Shown here in pieces: positions 1-8,393 of a stretch of DNA of 64,000 bases; within the stretch, counting starts at the first letter, position 1; each line of letters starts with the position of its first letter. The DNA is from Candidatus Methylomirabilota bacterium. GTDB lineage: Bacteria > Methylomirabilota > Methylomirabilia > Rokubacteriales > CSP1-6. A program made the position numbers and the translations under genes. The notes beneath the pieces were generated by a model, which did no database searches, was not told the origin of the DNA, and saw nothing but the letters and a program-made list of their open reading frames with translations. The stretch spans positions 65,393-129,392 of the forward strand of contig DASXSB010000013.1 in NCBI GenBank assembly GCA_036506275.1, written 5' to 3'.

Positions 1-830
1 GCGACGAGGGCGTTGGTGCCGATGATCACGTGGTTCACATGCTCGAAGAGCGGATCGCCGGGCTTGGGCGTTTCCGCGACGTGACCCCGCGCGCCGGCGT
101 CGAGGCGCGCGCGCACGGCGGTGGGCGTCTGCGCCAGACAGTCCCGCCTGCGCAGCACGTCGAGAGCGTCGCCGAACGTGGTGGGATCGGGCGCGGTGGG
201 TCCGGAGGCGATGACGTCGAGGCGATCCCCGACCACGTCGGACAGCGCGAGCGTGATCACGGGGGCGGGAGCGGCCGCGCGCGCGAGCTGACCACCTTTG
301 ATCAGCGAGAGGTGCTTGCGGACGGCGTTGAGCTCGTCGATGGTGGCTCCCGCCGCCAGCAGCGCGCGCGTCACCGCCTGCTTCTCGGCCAGCGTGATCG
401 GTGGCGGCGGCGCCGGCGTGAGCGCGGAGCCGCCGCCGGACACGAGGAAGAGCACCAGATCGCGCGCGCCCGTCGTCGCCGCCAGTTCGAGCAGCCGCGC
501 CGCCGCGCGCTCGCCGCGGGCGTCCGGCACCGGATGGCCAGCCTCGATCACCTCCACCCGCCGCGTGGGCACCGTGTAGCCGTCTTTCACGACGACGAGA
601 CCGGCCGCGATGCGGTCGCCGAGTCGCGCTTCCACCGCTCTCGCCATCGCGGCCGCCGCCTTGCCGCAGCCGAGCACGAGGACGCGATCCACCGCGCTCA
701 GGTCCACGCGAGCGGTGCCCGCCGTCAAGAAGGTCCCGTCGAGGTGGAGGGCGTTGGCGACGAGAGGGCCGACGTCGCCGGCGGCCATAGCCGACCGCCA
801 GATGGCGAGCGCGGCGTCGCGCGCGGTCAC
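1..830 (-). CDS. glycerate 2-kinase / hydroxypyruvate reductase-like (MOFRL family), C-terminally truncated by window edge
   Basis: Hand translation of the minus strand gives VTARDAALAIWRSAMAAGDV...DLVLFLVSGGGSAL...NAVRKHLSLIKGG...GDPLFEHVNHVIIGTNALVA, typical of the MOFRL glycerate kinase N-terminal domain. The GTG start at 830 overlaps the stop of the upstream aminotransferase as GTGA. The gene is absent from the ORF track because it runs off the window. Confidence 0.7.
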   Translation of the reverse strand, partial: MTARDAALAIWRSAMAAGDVGPLVANALHLDGTFLTAGTARVDLSAVDRVLVLGCGKAAAAMARAVEARLGDRIAAGLVVVKDGYTVPTRRVEVIEAGHPVPDARGERAAARLLELAATTGARDLVLFLVSGGGSALTPAPPPPITLAEKQAVTRALLAAGATIDELNAVRKHLSLIKGGQLARAAAPAPVITLALSDVVGDRLDVIASGPTAPDPTTFGDALDVLRRRDCLAQTPTAVRARLDAGARGHVAETPKPGDPLFEHVNHVIIGTNALV

Positions 831-1990
831 GAGCGGAGCTTCTGCAGTCGCTCTCCCGCCTGGCGCAGGACGTCGTCGGTCTTCGGAAAGCAGAACCGGA
901 TCTTCGTGCGCCCCAGCTCCGGATGCGCGTAGAAGGACGATCCCGGCACGGTGGCCACGCCGATCTCCTTGATGAGGAACATGGCGAACGCGTAGTCGTC
1001 GTCGATGCGGTACCGCTTCATGAAGTGAGCGACGTCGGTGAGGATGTAGTAGGCACCCCGCGGCGTCCACGCCACGAATCCCGCCCGCTCCACCGCCCCC
1101 AGAAGGAGATCGCGGCGCGCCTGGTAGGCCTCGCGCAGCGACACGTAGTACGAGTCCGGCAGCGAGAGCGCGGTCACCGCCGCCTCCTGGAGCGGGTGCG
1201 GTGCGCCCACCGTCACGAAGTCGTGAGCGCGGCGGATCCCCTGCGTGATCGCGGCCGGTGCCACCGCATAGCCCACGCGCCAGCCGGTGACCGAGTACGA
1301 CTTCGAGATGCCCGAGATCGTGATCGTGCGCTCCGCCATCCCCGGCAGCGTGGCGATCGGCGTATGGCCGAGGCCGTCGAACACGATGTGCTCGTAGATC
1401 TCGTCGGTGATGGCGAGGAGGTCGTGGCGGAGGCAGAGATCCGCGATGATGCCGAGCTCGGCGCGCGAGAACACCTTGCCGGTGGGATTGTTCGGGCTGT
1501 TGAAAATGATCGCGCGCGTGCGCGGCGTCACCGCCCGCGCCAGGCGCTCCGGATCGAACGTGAAGTCGGGCGGCTCCAGGGGGACGAACACGGGCTCGGC
1601 ACCCGAGATGACGCACCCGGGCCCGTAGTTCTCGTAGAACGGCTCGAAGACGATGACCTGGTCGCCCGGATTGAGGACGGCGAGGAGGGTGGAGAGCATT
1701 GTCTCCGTCGACCCACAGCACACGGTGACGTCGCGCTCGGGATCGACCTCCATGCCGTAGAACGCGCGGTACTTGTCCGCGATGGCCCGGCGCAGACGCG
1801 GCGTCCCCCACGTGATCGCGTACTGGTGGAAGTCGCCGTCGAGCGCGCGGTGCGCCGCCTCGATCAGCTCGGGGGGCGGCGGGAAGTTCGGCATGCCCTG
1901 GGCGAGATTGACGCCCCCGGTCTGGTTCACCACCCGCGTCATCTCACGGATCACCGACTCCGTGAACGACTGCACGCGCCGCGAAATCAT
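827..1990 (-). CDS. PLP-dependent aminotransferase class I/II (aspartate/methionine aminotransferase-like)
   Basis: 387 aa ORF with the class I/II aminotransferase fold, e.g. NLAQGMPNFPPP, ISKSYSVTGWRVGY (Lys in SKS), FNSPNNPTG. Base composition is coherent and it is translationally coupled to the downstream glycerate kinase. Confidence 0.9.
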   Translation of the reverse strand: MISRRVQSFTESVIREMTRVVNQTGGVNLAQGMPNFPPPPELIEAAHRALDGDFHQYAITWGTPRLRRAIADKYRAFYGMEVDPERDVTVCCGSTETMLSTLLAVLNPGDQVIVFEPFYENYGPGCVISGAEPVFVPLEPPDFTFDPERLARAVTPRTRAIIFNSPNNPTGKVFSRAELGIIADLCLRHDLLAITDEIYEHIVFDGLGHTPIATLPGMAERTITISGISKSYSVTGWRVGYAVAPAAITQGIRRAHDFVTVGAPHPLQEAAVTALSLPDSYYVSLREAYQARRDLLLGAVERAGFVAWTPRGAYYILTDVAHFMKRYRIDDDYAFAMFLIKEIGVATVPGSSFYAHPELGRTKIRFCFPKTDDVLRQAGERLQKLRS

Positions 1991-2091
1991 GGTCAGCTCA
2001 CCCCGCCCGCGAGCTTACACCGGCACCGCACCTTCCCTCGCCTGCGACCTCGTTCGCCTTGTCGTCGGTTGCCGTCCGTGACGCAAGCGCG

Positions 2092-2237
2092 CACGGGCGA
2101 GGGCGGTGCCGCGGGCCCTGAACACGCTATCCACGCCGCGTGTACGGCTCTCGATGGGACCACGATATGAAGGTCTGCGGCTCAGTTTGACCCCCAGAAG
2201 ACACGGTTCAGGGCCCGCGGCACCGCCCCCGCCCGTG
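2092..2237. repeat. 32-bp near-perfect inverted repeat (31/32) flanking a ~75-nt lower-GC loop, intergenic
   Basis: cacgggcgagggcggtgccgcgggccctgaacacg (2092-2126) is the reverse complement of acacggttcagggcccgcggcaccgcccccgcccgtg (2201-2237) apart from one mismatch. It lies between the aminotransferase start and the NIL gene stop. Confidence 0.8.
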
Positions 2238-2269
2238 GGTCATGCTCCACGCCGCGCTGAAGCCGGAGA

Positions 2270-2521
2270 CTAGGGAAGGATGACGTCGCGCTCGATCGGG
2301 TCGACCTGCACCCCACGCCCCTTGAGCCACGCCACGCCGCGCGCGAGCGTGGCCTCGTCCGCTTCCAGCTCCAGCGCCACCCAGCCGTAGTCCGCCTTCA
2401 CGTCGGCGCGACGGATGTTGATGACGATGTCGAAGTCCTTCACGAGACGGTAGAGGATCGGTTCCTGGATCAGCGCAGGCGGGAACGTCAGGCGCAGGCG
2501 CATGCGGCTCATGATCGCCAT
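2270..2521 (-). CDS. NIL-domain small protein (ferredoxin-like fold found C-terminal in MetN), partner of the sulfur-carrier system
   Basis: 83 aa: MAIMSRMRLRLTFPPALIQEPILYRLVKDFDIVINIRRADV...ALELEADEATLARGVAWLKGRGVQVDPIE. The pattern resembles a standalone NIL domain. It lies immediately downstream of the MoaD-like gene on the same strand. Confidence 0.55.
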   Translation of the reverse strand: MAIMSRMRLRLTFPPALIQEPILYRLVKDFDIVINIRRADVKADYGWVALELEADEATLARGVAWLKGRGVQVDPIERDVILP

Positions 2522-2527
2522 CCGGCC

Positions 2528-2806
2528 TCAGCGTCCTCCGGCGATGGCGGGCACGATCGACACCTCGTCACCGTCCTTGAGCGTGGTCGTCTTCGCCTGG
2601 AGGAACCGGATGTCCTCGCCGTTGACGTAGACGTTGATGAACCGCCGCAGCTCACCCGTGTCGTCCACGAGCCGCTCCCGGAGCCCGGGGAACTGGCGGT
2701 CGAGATCCTCCACGACGTCGGCCACGGTATCGCCCTTCGCCTGCACTTCGGCGTTGCCCTTGGTGAGGGAGCGGAGCGGTGTGGGAACCCGGACGAGCAC
2801 GGCCAT
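2528..2806 (-). CDS. MoaD/ThiS/CysO-like sulfur-carrier protein (C-terminal GG)
   Basis: 92 aa beta-grasp-like sequence ending ...VSIVPAIAGGR, with a Gly-Gly near the C-terminus. It is separated from the thrC-like gene stop by 9 nt. Confidence 0.8.
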   Translation of the reverse strand: MAVLVRVPTPLRSLTKGNAEVQAKGDTVADVVEDLDRQFPGLRERLVDDTGELRRFINVYVNGEDIRFLQAKTTTLKDGDEVSIVPAIAGGR

Positions 2807-2815
2807 GCGTCCTCC

Positions 2816-4063
2816 CTACGTGGTCTGCGATTTGAGGTTGGCGAGAGCCCGGTCGAATTCCGACAGCGAGGGACGAATGGTGACGTCCGTTTCCAGGCGG
2901 TCGTAGAGCGCGTCCGGCGTCTTGAGCCCGTTGCCCGTGATGCAGATCACCACGGACTCGTCGCGCGGGATGACACCGGTCTCGATGAGCTTCTTGGTGG
3001 TGGCGACGGTGACGCCGCCCGCGGTCTCCGTGAAGATGCCTTCCGTGCGGGCGAGCAGCAGCATGCCCTCGATGATCTCCGCATCGGAGACGTGAGCGCC
3101 GTAGCCGCCGGAGTCCTTCACCGTTCGATACGCGTAGTACCCGTCGGCGGGATTCCCGATGGCAAGCGACTTCGCGATCGTGTCCGGACGCACGGGCACC
3201 AGCACGTCGGAGTCGTTCTTGATCATGGTGACGATGGGGCCGCAGCCGGCCGCCTGCGCCGCGTGCATGCGCGTGCGCACGTCGCCCTCGATGAGGCCGA
3301 GCATCTTCAGCTCCTTGATCGCCTTCCAGATCTTCGTGATGAGGGAGCCGCCCGCGCACGGCACCACGATGTGGGCGGGCGTCCGCCAGCCGAGCTGCTC
3401 CACGATCTCGAAGCCGTAGCTCTTCGAGCCTTCCGAGTAGAACGGCCGGAAGTTCACGTTCACGAAGGCCCAGTGGTACTTGTCGGCGATCTCCGAGCAC
3501 AGGCGATTGACCTCGTCGTACGTGCCGTGCACGGCCACGAGCGTGGGGTTGTAGACCAGCGTGGCCAGCACCTTCCCCTGCTCGAGGTCGGCGGGGATGA
3601 AGATGTAGGACTTGAGACGCCCTTCCGCCGCGTGCGCCGCCACCGAGTTGGCGAGATTGCCCGTGGAGGCGCAGGCCACGGTGTCGAAGCCGAACTCGCG
3701 CGCCTTCGTGACCGCCACCGACACCACGCGGTCCTTGAACGACCACGTCGGATGGCACACGGAGTCGTTCTTGACGTAGACCTCCGCCACGCCGAGCTCG
3801 TCGGCGAGATTGCGCGCGCGGACGAGCGGCGTGAACCCCACCGCATGGCCGACGGCGACGTCGCCCTCGATGGGCAAGAGGTCCTTGTAGCGCCACATGC
3901 TGGGCGGGCCCGCTTCGATGGAGCGACGGGTCACCACACGCGCGAGCACGTCGTAGCGATAGTCGACCTCGAGGGGGCCGAAGCAGAACTCGCAGACGTG
4001 GACGGGGGAGGCGGGATACGCCCGGCCGCACTCGCGGCACTTCAGTCCTTTGAGCTTCTCCAT
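2816..4063 (-). CDS. threonine synthase-family fold-II PLP enzyme with N-terminal Cys4 zinc-ribbon (MetM-like candidate)
   Basis: HPTWSFKDR carries the PLP-lysine motif of ThrC, and ACASTGNLANS is also ThrC-like. The N-terminus has CRECG...CEFCFG. The preferred start is ATG 4063 (MEKLKGLKCRECG), which has a GGAG SD; the track start at 4111 sits too close to the predicted -10. Confidence 0.85.
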   Translation of the reverse strand: MEKLKGLKCRECGRAYPASPVHVCEFCFGPLEVDYRYDVLARVVTRRSIEAGPPSMWRYKDLLPIEGDVAVGHAVGFTPLVRARNLADELGVAEVYVKNDSVCHPTWSFKDRVVSVAVTKAREFGFDTVACASTGNLANSVAAHAAEGRLKSYIFIPADLEQGKVLATLVYNPTLVAVHGTYDEVNRLCSEIADKYHWAFVNVNFRPFYSEGSKSYGFEIVEQLGWRTPAHIVVPCAGGSLITKIWKAIKELKMLGLIEGDVRTRMHAAQAAGCGPIVTMIKNDSDVLVPVRPDTIAKSLAIGNPADGYYAYRTVKDSGGYGAHVSDAEIIEGMLLLARTEGIFTETAGGVTVATTKKLIETGVIPRDESVVICITGNGLKTPDALYDRLETDVTIRPSLSEFDRALANLKSQTT

Positions 4064-4127
4064 GCACGCGTCTCCATCGGTAGGGGATTTGAGCCCCGAG
4101 TTGGACAGCACCGACAGCCAGACATTT

Positions 4128-4162
4128 CGATTATTTAACGTTCAACTGAACGTGAAGTCAAT
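4128..4162 (-). promoter_or_regulatory. sigma70-like promoter (TTGACT-N18-TAAATA) with embedded perfect palindrome ACGTTCA-N2-TGAACGT
   Basis: The minus strand reads ttgacttcacgttcagttgaacgttaaataat in an AT-rich island just upstream of the thrC-like/MoaD/NIL operon. The palindrome occupies the spacer between the -35 and -10 elements. Confidence 0.5.
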
Positions 4163-4213
4163 CGAGATGCCCCGAGTCGGGGCTGGGGCGACGGCGGCGT
4201 ATCATGCACCCCC

Positions 4214-6118
4214 GTGCGCGGCTCCCTCCTCGTCCTCCTCGCCTACGGCATCGCCTTCGGCGCCGCCGGGCTCGGAACGTCGCTGCTCGTGTTCGACGAT
4301 CACCCCGGCCAGCTGTACCGCGTCTGGCACGTGATCGAGAACGGCGCCGCGCCGTGGGCGTGGAATGCCGGCTGGTGGACGGGCTACCCCGAGCTCCAGT
4401 TCTATCCGCCCGGCTTCGCGTACGCGGCCGCCCTCGTGCACCTCCTCTCGCTGCGCGCGCTCGACGTCTCCGGCGCCTACATGCTCATGGTGTGGGTGAC
4501 ATGGCTCGCCCCCGGCGTGACCGCATACGTGACGCTCGCCCGCGTGCTCGGCGACGGCTGGCGCGCGCTGCCGGGCGCGTTCATCGTGCTGACGCTCACC
4601 GCGGAAACGGCGAGCGGCGTGGAAGGCGGCATCCACATCGGGATGGTGGCGGCGCGCCTGGCGTGGGCGCTCCTGCCGTTGCTCTTCCTCGCCCTCACGC
4701 GCTGGCTCACGCAGAGAGAGGCGACGCCGTGGGCGGCGACGCCGATCCTGGCCGCCATCGCGGTCACCCATCCCGCGCATCTGCCGCCGGCGGCGGCGCT
4801 GGTGGCGGTGAGCGCGGCGGTGCCGGGATTCTCCGCGCGCCGGCTCCGCGCGGCGGTGCTCGTCCTCGCGCTCGGCGCCGCCCTCACCGCCTTCTGGACC
4901 CTGCCGCTGCTCGCGCGCCTTGGCGAGACACGCGCGCTTGCGTGGGGCGCGCTGCCGCCCCTCTCGCTGTTCGTCCGACCGCTCCCGCTCGCGCTCGCGG
5001 TGCTCGCGCTCATCGCCTTTCGCGTGCCGGGACCGCGCGCGCGTGCCCTCGCCTGGTGGCCGTGGGCGTGCGCGCTGGTGGTCCTCGGCGATGCCGCCCT
5101 CCTCGAGCCCGTGGGCGTGCGCTGGCTTCCCGCCGACCGTGTCATCGATGGCGCCTGGCTCGCGTTCGTCCTCGCCGCCGGCGTCGGCATCGGCGATCTT
5201 CTGGGCCGCTTCACACGCACGTTCACGGTGAGCACGGCGGCCCTTCTCACCGTGGGCGCTCTCGCGCTTCTGTCCCTGCCTGGCTCCACGGCGATGTTGT
5301 GGCCGGCGCGCGGGGCGTGGCCGTCGTACACCGAGACCGTGCGCGGGCTACGCCTCACCAACCTCTGGACGACGCTGGCGAGCGTGCCCGCCGGCCGCGT
5401 CCTGTTTCTACGCTCCGGCGTGCCGCTCGTCTACGGCACGGAGTGGTGGCGGCCCCACACGCACATCACGTCACTCACCCCGTTGCGCGCCGGCCGCGAG
5501 ATCGTCAACGGCACGTTCACGCACCCGTCGCCGGTGGCCGCGTTCCTGTATCGCGGCGACGCCGGTCCCGGCGCCATCACCCGCCTCGTGGAGCGGCTCG
5601 ACGGTGAATCGCTCTTCGGCCGCGCCCTCGAGGCGCTGGATGCGGAGACGCTCGACGCCTACGCGGGGCGACTGGCCGTGAGCGCGGTGGTGGCGCTGGA
5701 GGACGATCGTCCGCGAGTGCGTGCGCTCGAAGAGAGCAAGCGCTTCGCGCGCGCTCCCGCCCCCGCGCCCTTCCTGCTCTACGTCGCCACTGCCGGCGTC
5801 GACGTTCCCACGCGCGTGGGACGCGGCGTCTGGCGCGTCGCGCTCGAGGGCACCGCCGACACGTGGGTCTCCGCCCGCCTGGCGTATTACCCGCTCTGGC
5901 GTGCCGAGAGCGGCGGCAGACCGCTGGCGATCCGGCGCGGCGAGCTCGGACAGCTCGAAGTGCGCGTGCCCGCGGCCCGCGCCGTGGTGGATCTTCGCTA
6001 CGGTGCCGGCATCCCCGAGCTCGCGGGAACCGTCATCGCTTTCGCCGCCCTCGCCGTCACCGTCGGCCTCCTGGTGTCCGGGCGGCAGCGGCTCACTCCG
6101 GTCCCGTCGTGTGCGTGA
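4214..6118 (+). CDS. polytopic integral membrane protein with C-terminal soluble domain (family not recognised; glycosyltransferase-like topology)
   Basis: 634 aa with many hydrophobic segments in the first ~400 aa (LLVLLAYGIAFGAAGLG, LLPLLFLALTRWL...) followed by a soluble tail. The start is uncertain. Confidence 0.55.
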   Translation: MRGSLLVLLAYGIAFGAAGLGTSLLVFDDHPGQLYRVWHVIENGAAPWAWNAGWWTGYPELQFYPPGFAYAAALVHLLSLRALDVSGAYMLMVWVTWLAPGVTAYVTLARVLGDGWRALPGAFIVLTLTAETASGVEGGIHIGMVAARLAWALLPLLFLALTRWLTQREATPWAATPILAAIAVTHPAHLPPAAALVAVSAAVPGFSARRLRAAVLVLALGAALTAFWTLPLLARLGETRALAWGALPPLSLFVRPLPLALAVLALIAFRVPGPRARALAWWPWACALVVLGDAALLEPVGVRWLPADRVIDGAWLAFVLAAGVGIGDLLGRFTRTFTVSTAALLTVGALALLSLPGSTAMLWPARGAWPSYTETVRGLRLTNLWTTLASVPAGRVLFLRSGVPLVYGTEWWRPHTHITSLTPLRAGREIVNGTFTHPSPVAAFLYRGDAGPGAITRLVERLDGESLFGRALEALDAETLDAYAGRLAVSAVVALEDDRPRVRALEESKRFARAPAPAPFLLYVATAGVDVPTRVGRGVWRVALEGTADTWVSARLAYYPLWRAESGGRPLAIRRGELGQLEVRVPAARAVVDLRYGAGIPELAGTVIAFAALAVTVGLLVSGRQRLTPVPSCA

Positions 6119-7445
6119 ACAGCGTGGTGCCGCCGGCGTCGACGATGCGCACGGTGAGGTGCGCGGGCTCGATGCTGACGTGGCCGAAGTTGTGAATCCC
6201 GCCCCGCGCGAACAGCGACCGCCCGTTGAGAGCGGCGTCGAGGGCCCGCGGCCGGCCCGGTGCCGCCGAGAGCGGTCCCGCGATGAACTCGTGAAACGAG
6301 AACTCCGGCGTGGGATGGTGCCGGATGAGCTCGGCGTGATGAACGTCGGCGGCCAGGATGACGAGGTTGCGGACGCCCCGGTCGCGTAGCGCGCGCAGGA
6401 TCGCGTCGCGCTCGGTGCCGAATCCGGTGGCGTTCTCGGCGCCGAGGCCCCACACGCTCGCGCTCGACCACCCGTCACGCTGCTCCGCGCGCCCCGTGGG
6501 CACCGAGAACGGCACCGACGACACGACCACCTTCCAGACGGCGGTGGACGCGGTTACGCCGTCCACCAGCCACCGGCGCTGGGCGCCGCCCAGCATGGTC
6601 TTGCCGGGGCCGTCGAGCTCGGTGTTCGGGCTCCGGTACTGTCGCGTATCGAGGATGAAGACCTCGAGCAGCTTGCCCCACCGAAACTTCCGGTAGAGCC
6701 GGCCGGGATCGCCCGCGTCGGCGGCGATCGGCCAGTACTCGAGGAAGGCACGGCGCCCGAGCGGCATGAGCGGCTCCGTCGGCCCCGCGAAGTCGTTGCG
6801 GACCTCGTGGTCGTCCCAGATGGCGTAGACCGACGTGGTGCGGAAGAACGCGCGCGCGCCGGGGTCCGCCCGGTTGTATCGGTGCTTCGCGCGATAGCCG
6901 GCAAGCGTGGTCGCCACGAAGTCGCCGCCGGGCGCCATCCCTTCCCCGCGGCAGCGGTGATCCGCGTAGACGGTATCGCCCACGAAGAGGAAGAAGTCCG
7001 CGCGCGCCCGCGCCATGGGCTCGAAGATCGGATATCCGCCGTCCGCGCGCCGGCAGAACCCCGCGGAGCCCAGGTCGCCGCTCCACAGGAAGGACACCGG
7101 TGAGGCGACGTCGGCGGCGGGCGCCGTCACGAACTCGCCGTCCTCGCCCGCGCCTGCTTGCGTCACGCGGTAGCGATAGCGCGTGCCGGGATGGAGGTCC
7201 GCGATGGCGACGCGCGCGGTGAGGTCGTCGCCGCGCGTGGCCGTGATCTCGCGCCGCGCGACGACGTCGCCGGCGGCGGTACGCACCTCCACCGCGGCCG
7301 GGCCGGGCGTGGGGGCACGGAACCACACGACGGCGGAGGCGGCGGTGACGTCGCCGGCGGCGATCAGGAAGCCATCGGCGCCGTGGGCGGCGCCGCCACC
7401 GCCCACCGCGGCAGCGAGGAGAAGGACGAAGGCGGCGCGTCTCAA
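6093..7445 (-). CDS. phoD: PhoD-family alkaline phosphatase / metallophosphatase, secreted
   Basis: 450 aa with a signal peptide (MRRAAFVLLLAAAVGG) and PhoD-like motifs FLFVGDTVYAD, AIWDDHEVRND, VILAADVHHAE. Confidence 0.8.
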   Translation of the reverse strand: MRRAAFVLLLAAAVGGGGAAHGADGFLIAAGDVTAASAVVWFRAPTPGPAAVEVRTAAGDVVARREITATRGDDLTARVAIADLHPGTRYRYRVTQAGAGEDGEFVTAPAADVASPVSFLWSGDLGSAGFCRRADGGYPIFEPMARARADFFLFVGDTVYADHRCRGEGMAPGGDFVATTLAGYRAKHRYNRADPGARAFFRTTSVYAIWDDHEVRNDFAGPTEPLMPLGRRAFLEYWPIAADAGDPGRLYRKFRWGKLLEVFILDTRQYRSPNTELDGPGKTMLGGAQRRWLVDGVTASTAVWKVVVSSVPFSVPTGRAEQRDGWSSASVWGLGAENATGFGTERDAILRALRDRGVRNLVILAADVHHAELIRHHPTPEFSFHEFIAGPLSAAPGRPRALDAALNGRSLFARGGIHNFGHVSIEPAHLTVRIVDAGGTTLFTHTTGPE

Positions 7446-7449
7446 CCGG

Positions 7450-8328
7450 TCAGTTGACGAGCGTGGTCAGGTGACCCGTGACCTCGGCCTCGAACTCGGC
7501 GAGCGTCTGTCCGAAGGCGGCCGTGAAGTTGCCGTGGCGGTCACGCACCTGCGCGCAGGCGCGGAAGTAGTCGACCATGCGCGGGAAGCCGTCGCGCTCG
7601 ATGAGGTAGTCCGCCATCAGGAACGCGAGACGGTAGGTCGCCAGCGAGCCCTCACGGAGATGGCGCACCGTGAACCCGCGCGGCGTGCCGAGGGAATCGA
7701 GATCGAGGCGGCCCGCCGCGAACGCCGCCTGGCGCCGGATGCTCCGCATCGCGACGGCGCGGCGATCGTTCACGGTGTCGAGACCCAGGCGCTCCAGGAC
7801 CGTGAAGGCGACCCACTCCGCCATGCCCTCCGCCAGCCACTGCTCGGCGCGGCCTTCGCCCCCCGCCAGCTCGAACTGGGCCACGTGCGTCAGCTCGTGG
7901 GCGATGAGCCGCAGCCATTCGCGTCCGCCCTGGGAGGCGGTGGCGTCGTAGAGCAAGAGCTGGCGGCGCTTGCCCACCCCCATGGCGAAATCGCTCAGCT
8001 CGGCGGCCCGCGCGGGCGCGATGTGGGCGTCGTGGATGAGGCCCCGCTCGAAAACCTCGCGTGAGTCGTAGACGTACACCATCACCTCGTCCGGGACGGG
8101 AAGTCCGAGATCGCGCACGAGAAGGGCGGAGATGCCGCGCACGGCGGCTTCGTGGGTGTTGAGGTGGCGGCCGTCGATGGGAACCGCGAGTGCGGTCGGG
8201 TTCATGTTGACCGGGACCACGAGGCGTCCCTCGGAGCAGCCGGCTCCGAGAAGGGCGGCGGCGACGAGGAGGGTGAGGGCGTGGTGGTGAGCTTCTCGCG
8301 CGATCGGGATGGTCGGGATGTGAATCAT
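7450..8328 (-). CDS. lipoprotein with HExxH zinc-metallopeptidase-like motif
   Basis: The true start is the internal ATG (MIHIPTIP...). A lipobox LLGAGCS and the motif HELTHVAQFE are present. The Arg-rich N-terminal extension in the track ORF is spurious. Confidence 0.55.
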   Translation of the reverse strand: MIHIPTIPIAREAHHHALTLLVAAALLGAGCSEGRLVVPVNMNPTALAVPIDGRHLNTHEAAVRGISALLVRDLGLPVPDEVMVYVYDSREVFERGLIHDAHIAPARAAELSDFAMGVGKRRQLLLYDATASQGGREWLRLIAHELTHVAQFELAGGEGRAEQWLAEGMAEWVAFTVLERLGLDTVNDRRAVAMRSIRRQAAFAAGRLDLDSLGTPRGFTVRHLREGSLATYRLAFLMADYLIERDGFPRMVDYFRACAQVRDRHGNFTAAFGQTLAEFEAEVTGHLTTLVN

Positions 8329-8393
8329 CCGCTGTGCAAGTCCCGCGATTCTACACGAGACGGCGCCGGCGCCAAGCGAATTCGCGCGACGGT

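Noticed and set aside
30-932. 300-aa plus-strand ORF at the window start
   Set aside because: Arg/Gly-rich nonsense composition. The opposite strand encodes a clean MOFRL glycerate kinase, so this is an antisense artefact of high GC.
2652-4138. Long ORFs 2652..4067(-) and 3092..4138(+) overlapping the thrC-like gene
   Set aside because: These are alternative frames or antisense of a well-supported ThrC-family CDS, with Arg/His/Gly-rich low-complexity translations.
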